Assembly: GCA_030148865.1 (NCBI GenBank)
Contig: JASBSR010000040.1
Coordinates: 141,145 to 205,144, forward strand
Length of the DNA stretch: 64,000 bases
DNA from: Gammaproteobacteria bacterium
GTDB taxonomy: Bacteria; Pseudomonadota; Gammaproteobacteria; SZUA-229
Reading direction: 5' to 3'
Below are positions 9,288 to 19,277 of this stretch, one piece after another; within the stretch, counting starts at the first letter, position 1; every line of letters begins with the position of its first letter. The notes beneath the pieces are model-generated. The model saw nothing but the letters and a program-made list of their open reading frames with translations, had not been told where the DNA came from and did not search any database. The translations under genes were made by a program, and so were the position numbers.

Positions 9288-9330
9288 AGACAAGTAAAAA
9301 TCATTCCTGATTTTTACTCAGCTATAACCT

Positions 9331-11196
9331 CTATTCATCACCTACCAGGTGATAAAGAGGTGCTTTCTCCATTGTGTACTCACCAGTGTTGCGATCACGA
9401 TGGGAAACTGTCAGTACATGCCAGTTTTCATCATCCAGTTTCATCGCATCACCACGGTAGTAGTAACCAGGCCAACGTGTCTCCTTACGGAACAAGGTAT
9501 GCTGGAATACACTTTCGGAAGTCAGGTAACGATGTTTCAGTTCCCATGCACGTAACAGTTCATGGATATCCGAAGCAGCGATCATCTCCAGATCTTCGCC
9601 AAAAGTCTTCATTTTCTTAAGACCAATCTGGAGCAGCTTTTCGTTGGTCATGTAGTTGACACCAAAACCACCACAGTACTCGTCCATCATCTTCTGCAGA
9701 CGATCAAGACCCTGTCTTGGGTTGATGAAGTTAGGGTTAACAGTACCGGCAACCACTTCATTGCTATACACTTTATAAGTTTCTAATGGCTTGTAGATCT
9801 TATCTTTAAGATTAGAAATCTGCTCTTCAGAAACACGAATGCCTTCTGCTTTGCCATCATCAATATACTTACAGGCAGCTTTAGCAGCCAGACGACCTTC
9901 AGTGAAAGAACCCGATGAGAATGCGTGTGGTGTACCACCGACTGCATCACCGGCACCGAACAGACCTTCGACTGTGGTCATACGGTTGTAGCCCCAGAAA
10001 TACTCTTCAGGAGAAACATCTTCCGGACCCGAACACCATGCACCACAACCAGTGGCGTGTGAACCCATGACGTATGGCTCAGAAGTGGTTAATTCAGGGT
10101 TTTCGTATTTAGGATCAACGTCAGTTGCCGCCCAAAGTACTGCCTGACCAACAGTCATACCCAGGAAGTTGTGCCAGCCAATCTCCTCAAGATGCGGGTC
10201 CTGGAAGGCTTCCATGGTAACCATGTGAATTGGACCACGACCGGCATTCACTTCAGAGATAAATGCGTGGTTACGCAAACAGGTCGGGATTGGTTTATGG
10301 GATAAATGCTGGCCTTCGGTATCCAGATATTCTTTACCAACCATTTCCGTCAAAGCCGGGAACCACTTGGACTCATACTCTTCACCCAGACAGTTTTGGG
10401 TATAAGTCTTGAGATGCAGGAAGTAAGCGCCGACAGGACCGTAACCATCTTTGAATCGTGCCAGTACGATACGGTTTTCCATTTGCGTCATCTTCGCGCC
10501 AGCTTCGATCATCAGACCATAAGCAGAACCCGATGACCATGGTGCGTACCATACACGACCCGCGCCTTCACCAACTGAACGTGGTTTAAAGATGTTAGAA
10601 GCGCCACCAGCACCACAGATAACAGTCTTGGACTTGAATACGTGGTAGTTACCAGTACGTACGTTGAAGCCTACAGCACCTGCAACGCGGTTCGCTTTGG
10701 CATCATCCATTAACAGATGGGTTACGCAGATACGGTTGAATACTTTGTCTGCTGATTTTTTCGCGGCTTCGGCAACAATCGGCTTGTATGATTCACCGTG
10801 AATCATAATCTGCCAGCGACCTTCACGCATGTAGGTACCCGTCTTAGGGTTGCGCATTAATGGCAGGCCCCATTCTTCAAACTGGTGCACGGCAGAATCC
10901 ACGTGACGCGCCATATCAAATGCCAGGTCCTCACGCACCATCCCCATCAGATCCATACGCGCATAACGTACGTGATCTTCTGGGTTGTTTTCGCCGAAAC
11001 GTGTACCCATGTAACAGTTAATCGCATACAGACCCTGGGCTACCGCACCGGAACGATCGATGTTTGCTTTTTCAGCAATAACAATTTTTTTGTCCTTGCC
11101 CCAATATCTTGCTTCAAAGGCGGCACCGGTACCACCAAGGCCCGCACCTGCAACCAGGATGTCGATATCGTCTTCAATAATTGTTTTGTAAGCCAT
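9331..11196 (-). CDS. aprA: adenylylsulfate (APS) reductase alpha subunit, FAD flavoprotein
   Basis: 621 aa. The N-terminal FAD fold ILVAGAGLGGTGAAFEA, IMIHGESYKPI, MTTVEGLFGAGD and the C-terminal ETRWPGYYYR are hallmark AprA motifs (aligns along its length with A. fulgidus/A. vinosum AprA). Confidence 0.92.
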   Translation of the reverse strand: MAYKTIIEDDIDILVAGAGLGGTGAAFEARYWGKDKKIVIAEKANIDRSGAVAQGLYAINCYMGTRFGENNPEDHVRYARMDLMGMVREDLAFDMARHVDSAVHQFEEWGLPLMRNPKTGTYMREGRWQIMIHGESYKPIVAEAAKKSADKVFNRICVTHLLMDDAKANRVAGAVGFNVRTGNYHVFKSKTVICGAGGASNIFKPRSVGEGAGRVWYAPWSSGSAYGLMIEAGAKMTQMENRIVLARFKDGYGPVGAYFLHLKTYTQNCLGEEYESKWFPALTEMVGKEYLDTEGQHLSHKPIPTCLRNHAFISEVNAGRGPIHMVTMEAFQDPHLEEIGWHNFLGMTVGQAVLWAATDVDPKYENPELTTSEPYVMGSHATGCGAWCSGPEDVSPEEYFWGYNRMTTVEGLFGAGDAVGGTPHAFSSGSFTEGRLAAKAACKYIDDGKAEGIRVSEEQISNLKDKIYKPLETYKVYSNEVVAGTVNPNFINPRQGLDRLQKMMDEYCGGFGVNYMTNEKLLQIGLKKMKTFGEDLEMIAASDIHELLRAWELKHRYLTSESVFQHTLFRKETRWPGYYYRGDAMKLDDENWHVLTVSHRDRNTGEYTMEKAPLYHLVGDE

Positions 11197-11678
11197 TAGT
11201 AGTACACCCCTGCTTTCAATTTCAGGCCGTTTGATTTAAGCGTGTGCAAGCCACCCTCATCCATGCGGACATACTTAGGCTCGTTATACAATAGCTCACT
11301 GTCGCGCATTTCATTACTGGGTGCTGCTACTTCAGATAGCTGTGGGATACACGTTCCCCACGGCTTAGTGGTAATAGGTGCAAGCAGATCCATGTCTTTT
11401 TTGCCGTTGCGGAACTTGATGCGCCACGCAATCGTGCCTTTTTCTTCATCACGGTGCACGCGTACCGAGTGACCCAGTGGTGCGAAATCCGCATAGCCGC
11501 GCACATCAATCGCGTGGTGAGGGCAGGCTTTTACACAGGAATAACATTCCCAGCACATGTTTGGCTCAATGTTATAAGCACGACGCAGAGTTTTGTCGAT
11601 GTGCATGATGTCAGATGGGCAGATATCAACGCACTGCCCACAACCATCACATCGAGTCATATATACAAAAGTTGGCAT
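11196..11678 (-). CDS. aprB: adenylylsulfate reductase beta subunit (2x[4Fe-4S] ferredoxin-like)
   Basis: 160 aa. MPTFVYMTRCDGCGQCVDICPSDIMHID...YNIEPNMCWECYSCVKACPHHAIDVRGY has two Cx2Cx2Cx3CP clusters and the AprB-specific tail (WRIKFRNGK...TKPWG). Start overlaps the aprA stop. Confidence 0.92.
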   Translation of the reverse strand: MPTFVYMTRCDGCGQCVDICPSDIMHIDKTLRRAYNIEPNMCWECYSCVKACPHHAIDVRGYADFAPLGHSVRVHRDEEKGTIAWRIKFRNGKKDMDLLAPITTKPWGTCIPQLSEVAAPSNEMRDSELLYNEPKYVRMDEGGLHTLKSNGLKLKAGVYY

Positions 11679-11714
11679 AATATTCTCTCTTTCTTAAATT
11701 GTTCTTAAATTAAT

Positions 11715-12566
11715 TTAGTAGTGGTTTGCTGGCTCACGTCTAATACCATGTCCCATGTACGCTGGATTCTTACCCATGTACTCCGGAATATCCGGGAATT
11801 TTGCCTGTACCGCAGGATCGGTCAGATCATAATCAGCCGGCAAATTCTCTCTTGAACCATCGGCCTGGGTAACACGTTTCTGGAACGCGGCAGCGGGCTT
11901 AAAGAACATATGCGCGAACTTCGACCACAATACGGTGGCAAACAGTGTCGTATTTGAAACAATAAACAGAACCAGGAACAGGGTTGACCATCCTTCAATG
12001 CCTTGCGACTGGGTAAAAGACCAGAGCAATGCGAACGTCGCGGTGGTGAGCAGCGAAACAATAAACAGATCCGCACGCTCGAAACGATACCATGAAAGAC
12101 CTTCCGCAGAAACGTCAACACGGATAAAGAACCAGAACCAGTAGCCGCCAAAGCAGAGCATCAGCGCACCTATATGCCAGAGTTGTGGCAGGATTTCAGG
12201 TGTCGCAGTCTCAGGAGTTGCATAACCAAAAATCATAATCGCAGTAGTCGCCACGAATATGATGAAGCCGTACATGGTGAAAAGATGGGAAATTCTGCGT
12301 TTTGTATTGCAGAATTCACCGGAAGTTAGCACTTCTTTCGCTAGCACCTGAACTGCGATCGAGGCTTTTTCACCGGTACCGACTGTGCGCTTTGCAGATT
12401 TTTTGGCTTTTTTCGCGTTTTCGAAAAAATACTGCGCGCTTTTCTTATGGATCATATCAAGTACGGTCCCGCCGACTACCAGCAGGATCATCAAGATGAT
12501 ATACCCCTGCATGACTGTGGCGGGTATTGACGCCGAAAGCTCGGCAAAGGGATTGCTCATGAACAT
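11715..12566 (-). CDS. aprM: APS reductase membrane anchor AprM (quinone-interacting, QmoC/HdrE-like membrane domain)
   Basis: 283 aa, 5-6 TM helices, located immediately upstream of aprBA as in the aprMBA operon of Allochromatium-type sulfur oxidizers. Strong GAGGAG RBS. Confidence 0.7.
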   Translation of the reverse strand: MFMSNPFAELSASIPATVMQGYIILMILLVVGGTVLDMIHKKSAQYFFENAKKAKKSAKRTVGTGEKASIAVQVLAKEVLTSGEFCNTKRRISHLFTMYGFIIFVATTAIMIFGYATPETATPEILPQLWHIGALMLCFGGYWFWFFIRVDVSAEGLSWYRFERADLFIVSLLTTATFALLWSFTQSQGIEGWSTLFLVLFIVSNTTLFATVLWSKFAHMFFKPAAAFQKRVTQADGSRENLPADYDLTDPAVQAKFPDIPEYMGKNPAYMGHGIRREPANHY

Positions 12567-13029
12567 TTGGTTCTCCTCAATTTTTGATGCGTAAGATTAT
12601 ACTCAAATCGGTTAGCCGTCGAGCATAGTAAAATTTATTGCCCTATACAAAAAACTCCATTCCCCCGCGAAGTCACCACTATTCTTTAATTTGGCCGTAC
12701 AATATTGGGGCTGGAGAGCTAATTGCGGCTGGAGTGCGAATATACCCTAATATTGGACAGAATTGTGCTCTCAGCGCCTATTTTTTACTCACCAGCGAGC
12801 TGATACCGCAAAAAACCATACAAAATGCAATGTCATTACCAGCACGAAGGCATAAATATCATAAGTCATTGTTTTTAAATTGCAGAGCTGAGATCACCAT
12901 AAATCAGCCGGACAATAATAAGGTGTGATGCTTTACACCACGCGATGGTCTGGCAGATACAAGATTTAAATCCTTCGCAAAGACGGGACTCCTTCACTTC
13001 GCTCAGGACACTTCGCACAGCCAGGCGCC

Positions 13030-13710
13030 GTGGCCCAGGATGTCAGAAATGGCCGCCGGGGGCGCGCAGAAGTACGCCACCCAGGACCCGATCTTGCCGC
13101 ATTTGCCAGCCTCACCCGGGGCATACAGCTGGAACTGGTCACTACCGACGAAGAACTAGATTTGAAAAAACGTGAAGCAGATGTCGCGATTCGTCTCACG
13201 CCAACACCACCTGAATACGCCGTTGGTAAGCGCATACTGACACCAGGCCGATCGGTATACGCCTCGCACACCTACATCGAACAACACGACTCACTCAATA
13301 ATCCTGAGAAAGTACACTGGATCGGCTGGGATGATACTGATCCAGCACCGCAATGGATCAAAGACAGCAAGTCCCCCAATACGCCGGTCCATCACCAGAG
13401 CGGCAAGCTTCATGTGCAGATCGAAGCCGCGAAATCAGACCTGGGGCTGGCGATGTTATCCTGCTTTATTGGCGACGCCGAACCCGAGCTGCAAAGACTA
13501 TCATCGGAGACTTCAAACACCTGTGGAGACATATGGATTTTGACGCACAAAGATTTGCGCAACGCAGCGCGCGTCCGCGCCTTCATCAATTTGATAGTAA
13601 TCGCGCTGGATAAACACCGTGACCTCATAGAAGGCAGACAATGCACCCAGACGCCAGTCACGCAGAAATCCAGACCCACACCCCGGAACTCTGAACTAAC
13701 TCTGGCATAA
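13030..13710 (+). pseudogene. LysR-family regulator remnant: substrate-binding (C-terminal) domain only, N-terminal HTH missing
   Basis: The 226-aa ORF (GTG start) has LysR effector-domain motifs (VTTDEELDLKKREADVAIRLTP; DLGLAMLSCFIGDAEPELQRL; IWILTHKDLRNAARVRAFINLIV). Upstream in frame there is a stop at 12967-12969 and no wHTH-like sequence in any frame of 12600-13030. Confidence 0.55.
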
Positions 13711-13726
13711 TCCACACTGACTGCGG

Positions 13727-14695
13727 TTAATGCACTCCCAGTAACTGCACACTGAACATTTTCGCTGGGTCGGTCCAGACTTGCTCGACCGCGAAACCCG
13801 CCTTTCCGGCCAGTCGGGCAAATTCATCGAGGCTGTACTTGTAGGAGCTCTCGGTGTGAATGCTCTCTCTGGCTGTTAGCTCGAAGACTTCATCATCGAG
13901 CATGATCGTCTGTCTGCGTTCACTCACCAGATGCATTTCTACCCGGCTTTGCTCCGGGTTGTAGAAAGCCTGATGGTGGAAGGCATCGAGTTCAAGTTCA
14001 GCTGCCAGCTCGACCTGGATACGTTGTAATAAATTGAGATTAAACGCGGCGGTAACACCGGCTGCATCGTTATAGGCACGGTTTAAAATTACACTATCTT
14101 TTTTCAGATCGACACCGATCAGCAATTTTCCGCCCTTGCCAACACAAGCGGCCACCTGCCGCAAAAACTGTAGCGCCGATGTCGGTTCAAAATTACCAAT
14201 ACTGGAACCGGGGAAAAACGCTACCACCTGACCACGTTGCGCCTGTACAGGTAACTCCAGCTGCTGCGAAAAATCGGCACACACCGCGTGCACTTCCAGT
14301 TCGGGATAATCCTGTGCCAGACGCCGGGTTGATAACAGCAAAAACTCTTTTGAAATATCCACCCCCATGTAACTCGCAGGTGATAAGGCATCGAACAGAA
14401 CCCGGACTTTTTCACTGGCACCGCTGCCGAGTTCCACCAGCACCGATTCGGCCCCGATCAGCGCCGCAATCTGCCGCGCATTATGCTGCAGAATACTGAT
14501 CTCGGTTCGCGTCGGATAATATTCGGGCTGCAAACAAATTTCATCGAACAGTTCAGAGCCACGCTGATCGTAGAAAAACTTGGGCGATATTTTTTTCGGC
14601 ACGCGCGACAGACCTTCGACCACCTCGGCGAGAAAGTCACTGCCCGTGGGCGCATAATCGTGAAACTTAACCTGACGTTTGGCGACTGTGCTCAT
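13727..14695 (-). CDS. egtD: L-histidine N(alpha)-methyltransferase (ergothioneine biosynthesis EgtD)
   Basis: 322 aa. [45 protein letters not shown] and TAAFNLNLL match the EgtD family nearly motif-for-motif (M. smegmatis EgtD [30 protein letters not shown]). Confidence 0.85.
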   Translation of the reverse strand: [322 protein letters not shown]

Positions 14696-15984
14696 GCGTC
14701 CTCCGCGAGGCGTATGCCGCTGAACTGCCAGCGGTCGGCGGGATAAAAGAAATTGCGATAACTCGCGCGAATATGGTCTTGCGGAGTGGCAAACGAGCCA
14801 CCGCGCAATACCATCTGGCTACTCATGAACTTGCCGTTATATTCACCGATGGCACCGGCTGCCGGACGATAGCCCGGATAGGCGCGGTAAGAACTCGCAG
14901 TCCATTCCCAGACATCACCGTAAAGCTGTGTCATCTGATTCGATTGCGCGGGCAGAGTTTGCAGTGCCGCCTGCTCGCGTAAATTACCGGCAATAGTGTG
15001 CTGACTGGCAACCTGCTCCCATTCAAATTCTGTCGGCAGGCGTTTGCCCGCCCAGCGCGCATAAGCATCGGCTTCGAATAAACTGACATGGCACACGGGT
15101 GCCGCAAGATCTATCGCCTGCATACCCTGCAAACTAAACTGCCACCAGTTATCATCGCGCCGTTCCCAGTACAGCGGTGCCAGCCAACCCTGCTGTTGAA
15201 TCACAGCCCAGCCTTCGGACAGCCAGAACTCGGAACGCCGATAACCACCATCATTAATAAATTCAAGATACTCGGCATTGCTGACCAAACGACTGGCGAG
15301 CGCAAAATCTTCCAGCCAGACTTTGTGGCGCGGGCCTTCGTTATCGTAAGCGAAGCCATGGCTGTTACTTACATCGTGACCGACTTCGATCAGGCCACCG
15401 GAAAAGTTTTGCCAGGCCAGGGACACAGGCATGGCGCTGGTTTGTTTCAGCTTTGTAGATCGGGTCTCGAGGTAAGCAGGTTTTAGCGGATTATGCGACA
15501 GGATATGTTTGATGTCAGTGTAAAGCAACTCCTGATGTTGTTGCTCGTGGTTAAGCCCCAGCATCAGTAAAAATTCAAGCTCACGGTAATGCGACTCATC
15601 CAGCGTAAGCAGTAATGCTTGCATCGCTGAGTCAACAGTTTCGCGATAGTGCAAAATGTCTTTCAGAGTTGGTCGCGAGAGAAAACCACGCTGTGCTCGC
15701 GTAAACGGCTGGCCGTGGGTTAAATAATAAGAGTTAAACAGATGATCATAAGCAGGATGAACCGCTGTGTAATGCCTGGCAAAGCGGGTAAGTAAAAAGG
15801 TTTCAAAAAACCAGGTGGTGTGCGCCAGATGCCACTTTGGCGGGCTGACGTCCACCATAGTCTGAATACAATGATCTTCAGTTTCCAGCGGCGCGCATAT
15901 CGCAAGTGACTCGCGACGTATCGCTGAATAAGCATCCAGCAATTGTTCGCGCGGTATCTGTTCCGCCCGGCGTGCAGTGCTCAT
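14692..15984 (-). CDS. egtB: ergothioneine biosynthesis sulfoxide synthase EgtB (DinB_2 + FGE-sulfatase domains)
   Basis: 430 aa. N-terminal DinB-like four-helix domain (HLAHTTWFFETFLL), C-terminal FGE-like domain (GDVWEWTASSY...RGGSFAT). 4-nt overlap with egtD; GGAGGG RBS. Confidence 0.85.
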   Translation of the reverse strand: MSTARRAEQIPREQLLDAYSAIRRESLAICAPLETEDHCIQTMVDVSPPKWHLAHTTWFFETFLLTRFARHYTAVHPAYDHLFNSYYLTHGQPFTRAQRGFLSRPTLKDILHYRETVDSAMQALLLTLDESHYRELEFLLMLGLNHEQQHQELLYTDIKHILSHNPLKPAYLETRSTKLKQTSAMPVSLAWQNFSGGLIEVGHDVSNSHGFAYDNEGPRHKVWLEDFALASRLVSNAEYLEFINDGGYRRSEFWLSEGWAVIQQQGWLAPLYWERRDDNWWQFSLQGMQAIDLAAPVCHVSLFEADAYARWAGKRLPTEFEWEQVASQHTIAGNLREQAALQTLPAQSNQMTQLYGDVWEWTASSYRAYPGYRPAAGAIGEYNGKFMSSQMVLRGGSFATPQDHIRASYRNFFYPADRWQFSGIRLAEDA

Positions 15985-16144
15985 AATCCCTCCTGCTGTT
16001 CAGCTGCGCTGCTGTTTCAGTACCTGACTGCGGCGGTTCGCAATCCTTACCAAGACCATCAGAGATAACTGAGTAAATTACCTTAGCAGCTCTATTCAGG
16101 ACATGCAAAATACAGCCTGTACACTGCCTGCCGCTGCACAATAT

Positions 16145-16837
16145 CTAAAAACCACCACCCCAGCTATCGCGTTTGCGCCATTTAATGCTGGGAATAATCA
16201 AACCTAAAAATAAACTAATTAGTGTGACGCCGCCACCGATGACAAACCATTCTTTGATACTGCGATCACGCAACTGCGTATTCTCGGCCTGTACTGCGGT
16301 GAACTCAGTTTTAATTGCAGCCAGTTTGGTTTCCAGGTTTTTGTTCTGTTGCGCAATCGCCACTGGCCGCGATGCCAGCTGCTTAAGTTCGGTGAGCTGC
16401 GTGGCGATAGCGTCACGATCTTTTTCCAGTGTTCGATTGTCACTTTCCAGCTGTTTTATACGCGCATTCAATTCAGAAATATCACCCACGCTCTGCTTAA
16501 GATCTGATTTCAGGGTTTCAATTCGTTTATTAAGCGTCACCAGTTGCGCGCGTGCACTCGGCGATTTCATCAACTGCTCGGTTTTCACCCAGCCATCTTT
16601 ATCGTCAGCCTGAACGTGTTGATAATTCCCGTCATCACTCGCCTCAAGCACTTCCAGCGCCGTCCCGCTGGGTAAAAAGCTGATAATACGATGCTGCATG
16701 GTGGCACCACTGCGCAGCGGCACGGTGAGCTCATCACTGACGTACAGGGTTTCAGCCGACGCCATCGCGGCCGAGCCGAACAGGGCGAGAAAAAAACACT
16801 GGGTCATACATCGCAATACAGATTTTCTGATCATCAT
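16145..16837 (-). CDS. SH3-domain protein YgiM-like (TIGR04211): signal peptide, SH3b, coiled coil, C-terminal TM
   Basis: 230 aa. AETLYVSDELTVPLRSG...coiled-coil...WFVIGGGVTLISLFLGLII..RKRD parallels E. coli YgiM. Confidence 0.7.
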   Translation of the reverse strand: MMIRKSVLRCMTQCFFLALFGSAAMASAETLYVSDELTVPLRSGATMQHRIISFLPSGTALEVLEASDDGNYQHVQADDKDGWVKTEQLMKSPSARAQLVTLNKRIETLKSDLKQSVGDISELNARIKQLESDNRTLEKDRDAIATQLTELKQLASRPVAIAQQNKNLETKLAAIKTEFTAVQAENTQLRDRSIKEWFVIGGGVTLISLFLGLIIPSIKWRKRDSWGGGF

Positions 16838-17118
16838 GGCTAGAGTCTGGATTTTCTGGCTAGGTTGTTGCTGGTTTTGTGGCTATGGCATGGTCTGGCT
16901 TTTTCAGACAGCAGGTTTTTATTGTGGTTCAGCCAAATGCAAAACCAGTTTTGTATTAAACGCAAGCCCCGTAGGACAAAGCAGATAGCAAACAGGCTCA
17001 CGATATGGGCCTTTTTGCAAACCGATCGAGACTGCCAGAATCCGTTTCTGAAAACTGAAGTGGCAATACTTAGCAGCGAACAGCGAACCCGCCCACCCTG
17101 GCAGCTGTCAGAAGGCGG

Positions 17119-18546
17119 CTAGTCCCTGTAGGCGAAGACACTATCGGCGTCATCTTCGTGACGCTCTTCAACCCATCTCAACTTGTTGTGCAGAGCCACG
17201 ACTTCACCGACAATGATCAGCGTCGGTGGCTTGATGTCTTCTTTGGCAATCACATCTAACAGGCTATCCAGGGTGGCGGTGAATACGCGTTGCTGTGGTG
17301 TCGTGCCCTGCTCCACCAGCGCTACCGGAGTGGTCGCGGGCAGGCCATGGGCGACCATTTCCCGGCATAAAGTCGGTGCACCGTGCAGGCCCATATAAAA
17401 CACCACGGTCTGATTGGGGTGCGCCAGCGCCTTCCAGTTGATAGCCACCGAACCGTCTTTGAGATGGCCGGTGACAAAAACGCAGGACTGGGCATAATCA
17501 CGATGCGTTAAGGGAATGCCGGCATAACTGGAACAGCCACTGGCAGCGGTAATCCCCGGCACAATCTGAAACGGAATACCTTCTTCGGCAAGCTCTTCGA
17601 TTTCTTCACCGCCGCGACCGAAGATAAACGGATCGCCGCCCTTGAGCCGCAGCACGCGCTTGCCTTCTTTGGCGAGACGCACCAGCAGCTGATTAATATT
17701 TTCCTGGCGCATGGTGTGTTTGTCGCGTTCTTTGCCAACATAGACAATCTCGGCATCACGACGTACCAGCTCCATAATCGCGGGCGATACCAAACGGTCA
17801 TAAACCACGACATCGGCCTGCTGCATCAAACGCAGGGCACGAAAGGTGAGCAAATCCGGATCACCCGGGCCGGCACCAACCAGAAACACTTCACCGGGCA
17901 CATCGGGAATCTCTGCCGCGCCATCGACCGCTTTCTGCAGGGCAATGCCGGCTTCTTTATCGTGGCCAGTGAACACCAGTTCAGCGACGCTGCCTTCGAG
18001 AATGTGCTCCCAGAAAATCCGGCGTTTTTCGACGCTGGGAAAAGCCGCTTTCACCTTGTCGCGATAGGACTCGACCAGCGCACCGAGGCGGCCATAAGCC
18101 GCCGGAATCATACCTTCGAGTTTGGTGCGAATCAGCCGCGCCAGCACTGGCGAGGCGCCGCCGGTGGAAATCGCGATTTGCACCGGCGAGCGATCGACTA
18201 TCGAGGGTACGATGAAACTGCACAGCGGCTGGTTATCAACTACGTTGACCGGGATATTCTGCGCCTGCGCCAGCTCAGAGACGCGCTGGTTGACACCCGC
18301 ATCATCGGTCGCCGCGATCACCAGCGCCCTGCCCTCGAGATCACCAGCCTCGAAGCCACGCGCGCTGTATGCAATTGCCGCTGAGTCGGCCAGAGCCTGG
18401 AGTTCGCCACACAGCTCGGGCGAGACCAGCGTAATGCGGGCACCGGCCTTGTTAAGCAGCGCCACCTTGCGCGCTGCCACCGAGCCGCCACCAACCACCA
18501 GACAGCTGCGCTGACTGACTTTCATGAAAACAGGTAAGTAATTCAC
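17119..18546 (-). CDS. cysG: siroheme synthase (precorrin-2 dehydrogenase / sirohydrochlorin ferrochelatase + uroporphyrinogen-III C-methyltransferase)
   Basis: 475 aa. N-terminal Rossmann [11 protein letters not shown] plus C-terminal SUMT domain ([15 protein letters not shown]...VVYDRLV...[16 protein letters not shown]). Confidence 0.9.
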   Translation of the reverse strand: MNYLPVFMKVSQRSCLVVGGGSVAARKVALLNKAGARITLVSPELCGELQALADSAAIAYSARGFEAGDLEGRALVIAATDDAGVNQRVSELAQAQNIPVNVVDNQPLCSFIVPSIVDRSPVQIAISTGGASPVLARLIRTKLEGMIPAAYGRLGALVESYRDKVKAAFPSVEKRRIFWEHILEGSVAELVFTGHDKEAGIALQKAVDGAAEIPDVPGEVFLVGAGPGDPDLLTFRALRLMQQADVVVYDRLVSPAIMELVRRDAEIVYVGKERDKHTMRQENINQLLVRLAKEGKRVLRLKGGDPFIFGRGGEEIEELAEEGIPFQIVPGITAASGCSSYAGIPLTHRDYAQSCVFVTGHLKDGSVAINWKALAHPNQTVVFYMGLHGAPTLCREMVAHGLPATTPVALVEQGTTPQQRVFTATLDSLLDVIAKEDIKPPTLIIVGEVVALHNKLRWVEERHEDDADSVFAYRD

Positions 18547-18596
18547 ATTATCTCTCGTGCGACATCATTATGACGCAGGCTAGTGGGCTACAGCGC

Positions 18597-18860
18597 TCAG
18601 CTGGCGCCAAGCAGGCTGTCAAGCTCACCGCTCTGATTAATCGCAGAAAGATCGTCAAAACCACCGACATGGTGTTTACCGATGAAAATCTGCGGCACGG
18701 TGCGCCGTCCAGAAGCTTCGATCATATAATCGAACATGGCGGGGTCTTCATCGACCTTGATCAGCTGATATTCAATGCCTTTGCTGCTGAGCAATCGCTC
18801 AGCAGCGACACAATATCCGCAAAAACGGCTGGAATAGACTTTAACTTCTGGCTTGGACAT
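18597..18860 (-). CDS. grxC: glutaredoxin 3
   Basis: 87 aa. CGYC active site, TVPQIFIGxxHVGGxDDL motif. Confidence 0.9.
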   Translation of the reverse strand: MSKPEVKVYSSRFCGYCVAAERLLSSKGIEYQLIKVDEDPAMFDYMIEASGRRTVPQIFIGKHHVGGFDDLSAINQSGELDSLLGAS

Positions 18861-18890
18861 ATTGCACCTTTATATTAGCAAACCCTTATA

Positions 18891-19277
18891 TCATAGACCG
18901 GCGATCACTGCCTGCAGTTTTTGCCGCACTTCACCTGCGATTGTCCCCAACGAGGGGTTCTCGATCGCCTGCATGGATGCGATGGGATCGACCGCCGAGA
19001 CTTCGACACTGCCATCATCGTGCTGCTGCACGATGACATTGCAGGGCAGCATGGTGCCGATTTTATCCTCGGCCTGTAGCGCCTTGAGTGCGTAGCCGGG
19101 GTTACAGGCACCCAGAATGGTGTAGCGATTCAGGTCAACATCGAGTTTTTTCTTCATGGTGGCGCTGACATCAATCGTCGTCAGCACCCCGAAACCGGCT
19201 TCGCCCAGCTCAGCGGTGACCCGCTCAATGGCAGCGTCAAAATCATCATTAACAGTTTTGGAAAAATAATAGCTCAT
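18891..19277 (-). CDS. DUF302 domain protein
   Basis: 128 aa. ...ILGACNPGYALKAL...MLPCNVIV... is a typical DUF302 (TT1751-like) pattern. GAGG RBS. Confidence 0.7.
   Translation of the reverse strand: MSYYFSKTVNDDFDAAIERVTAELGEAGFGVLTTIDVSATMKKKLDVDLNRYTILGACNPGYALKALQAEDKIGTMLPCNVIVQQHDDGSVEVSAVDPIASMQAIENPSLGTIAGEVRQKLQAVIAGL

Noticed and set aside
12638-12928. 96-aa ORF in the aprM upstream spacer and 76-aa ORF 12945-13175
   Set aside because: No RBS. Composition and frame overlap with the regulatory spacer and LysR remnant. No family resemblance.
18122-18514. 130-aa plus-strand ORF and other 60-220-aa ORFs inside cysG, purM (28665-29219), leuS, aprA
   Set aside because: All are embedded in and antisense or out of frame to strongly supported genes. 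Treated as ORF-finder noise.
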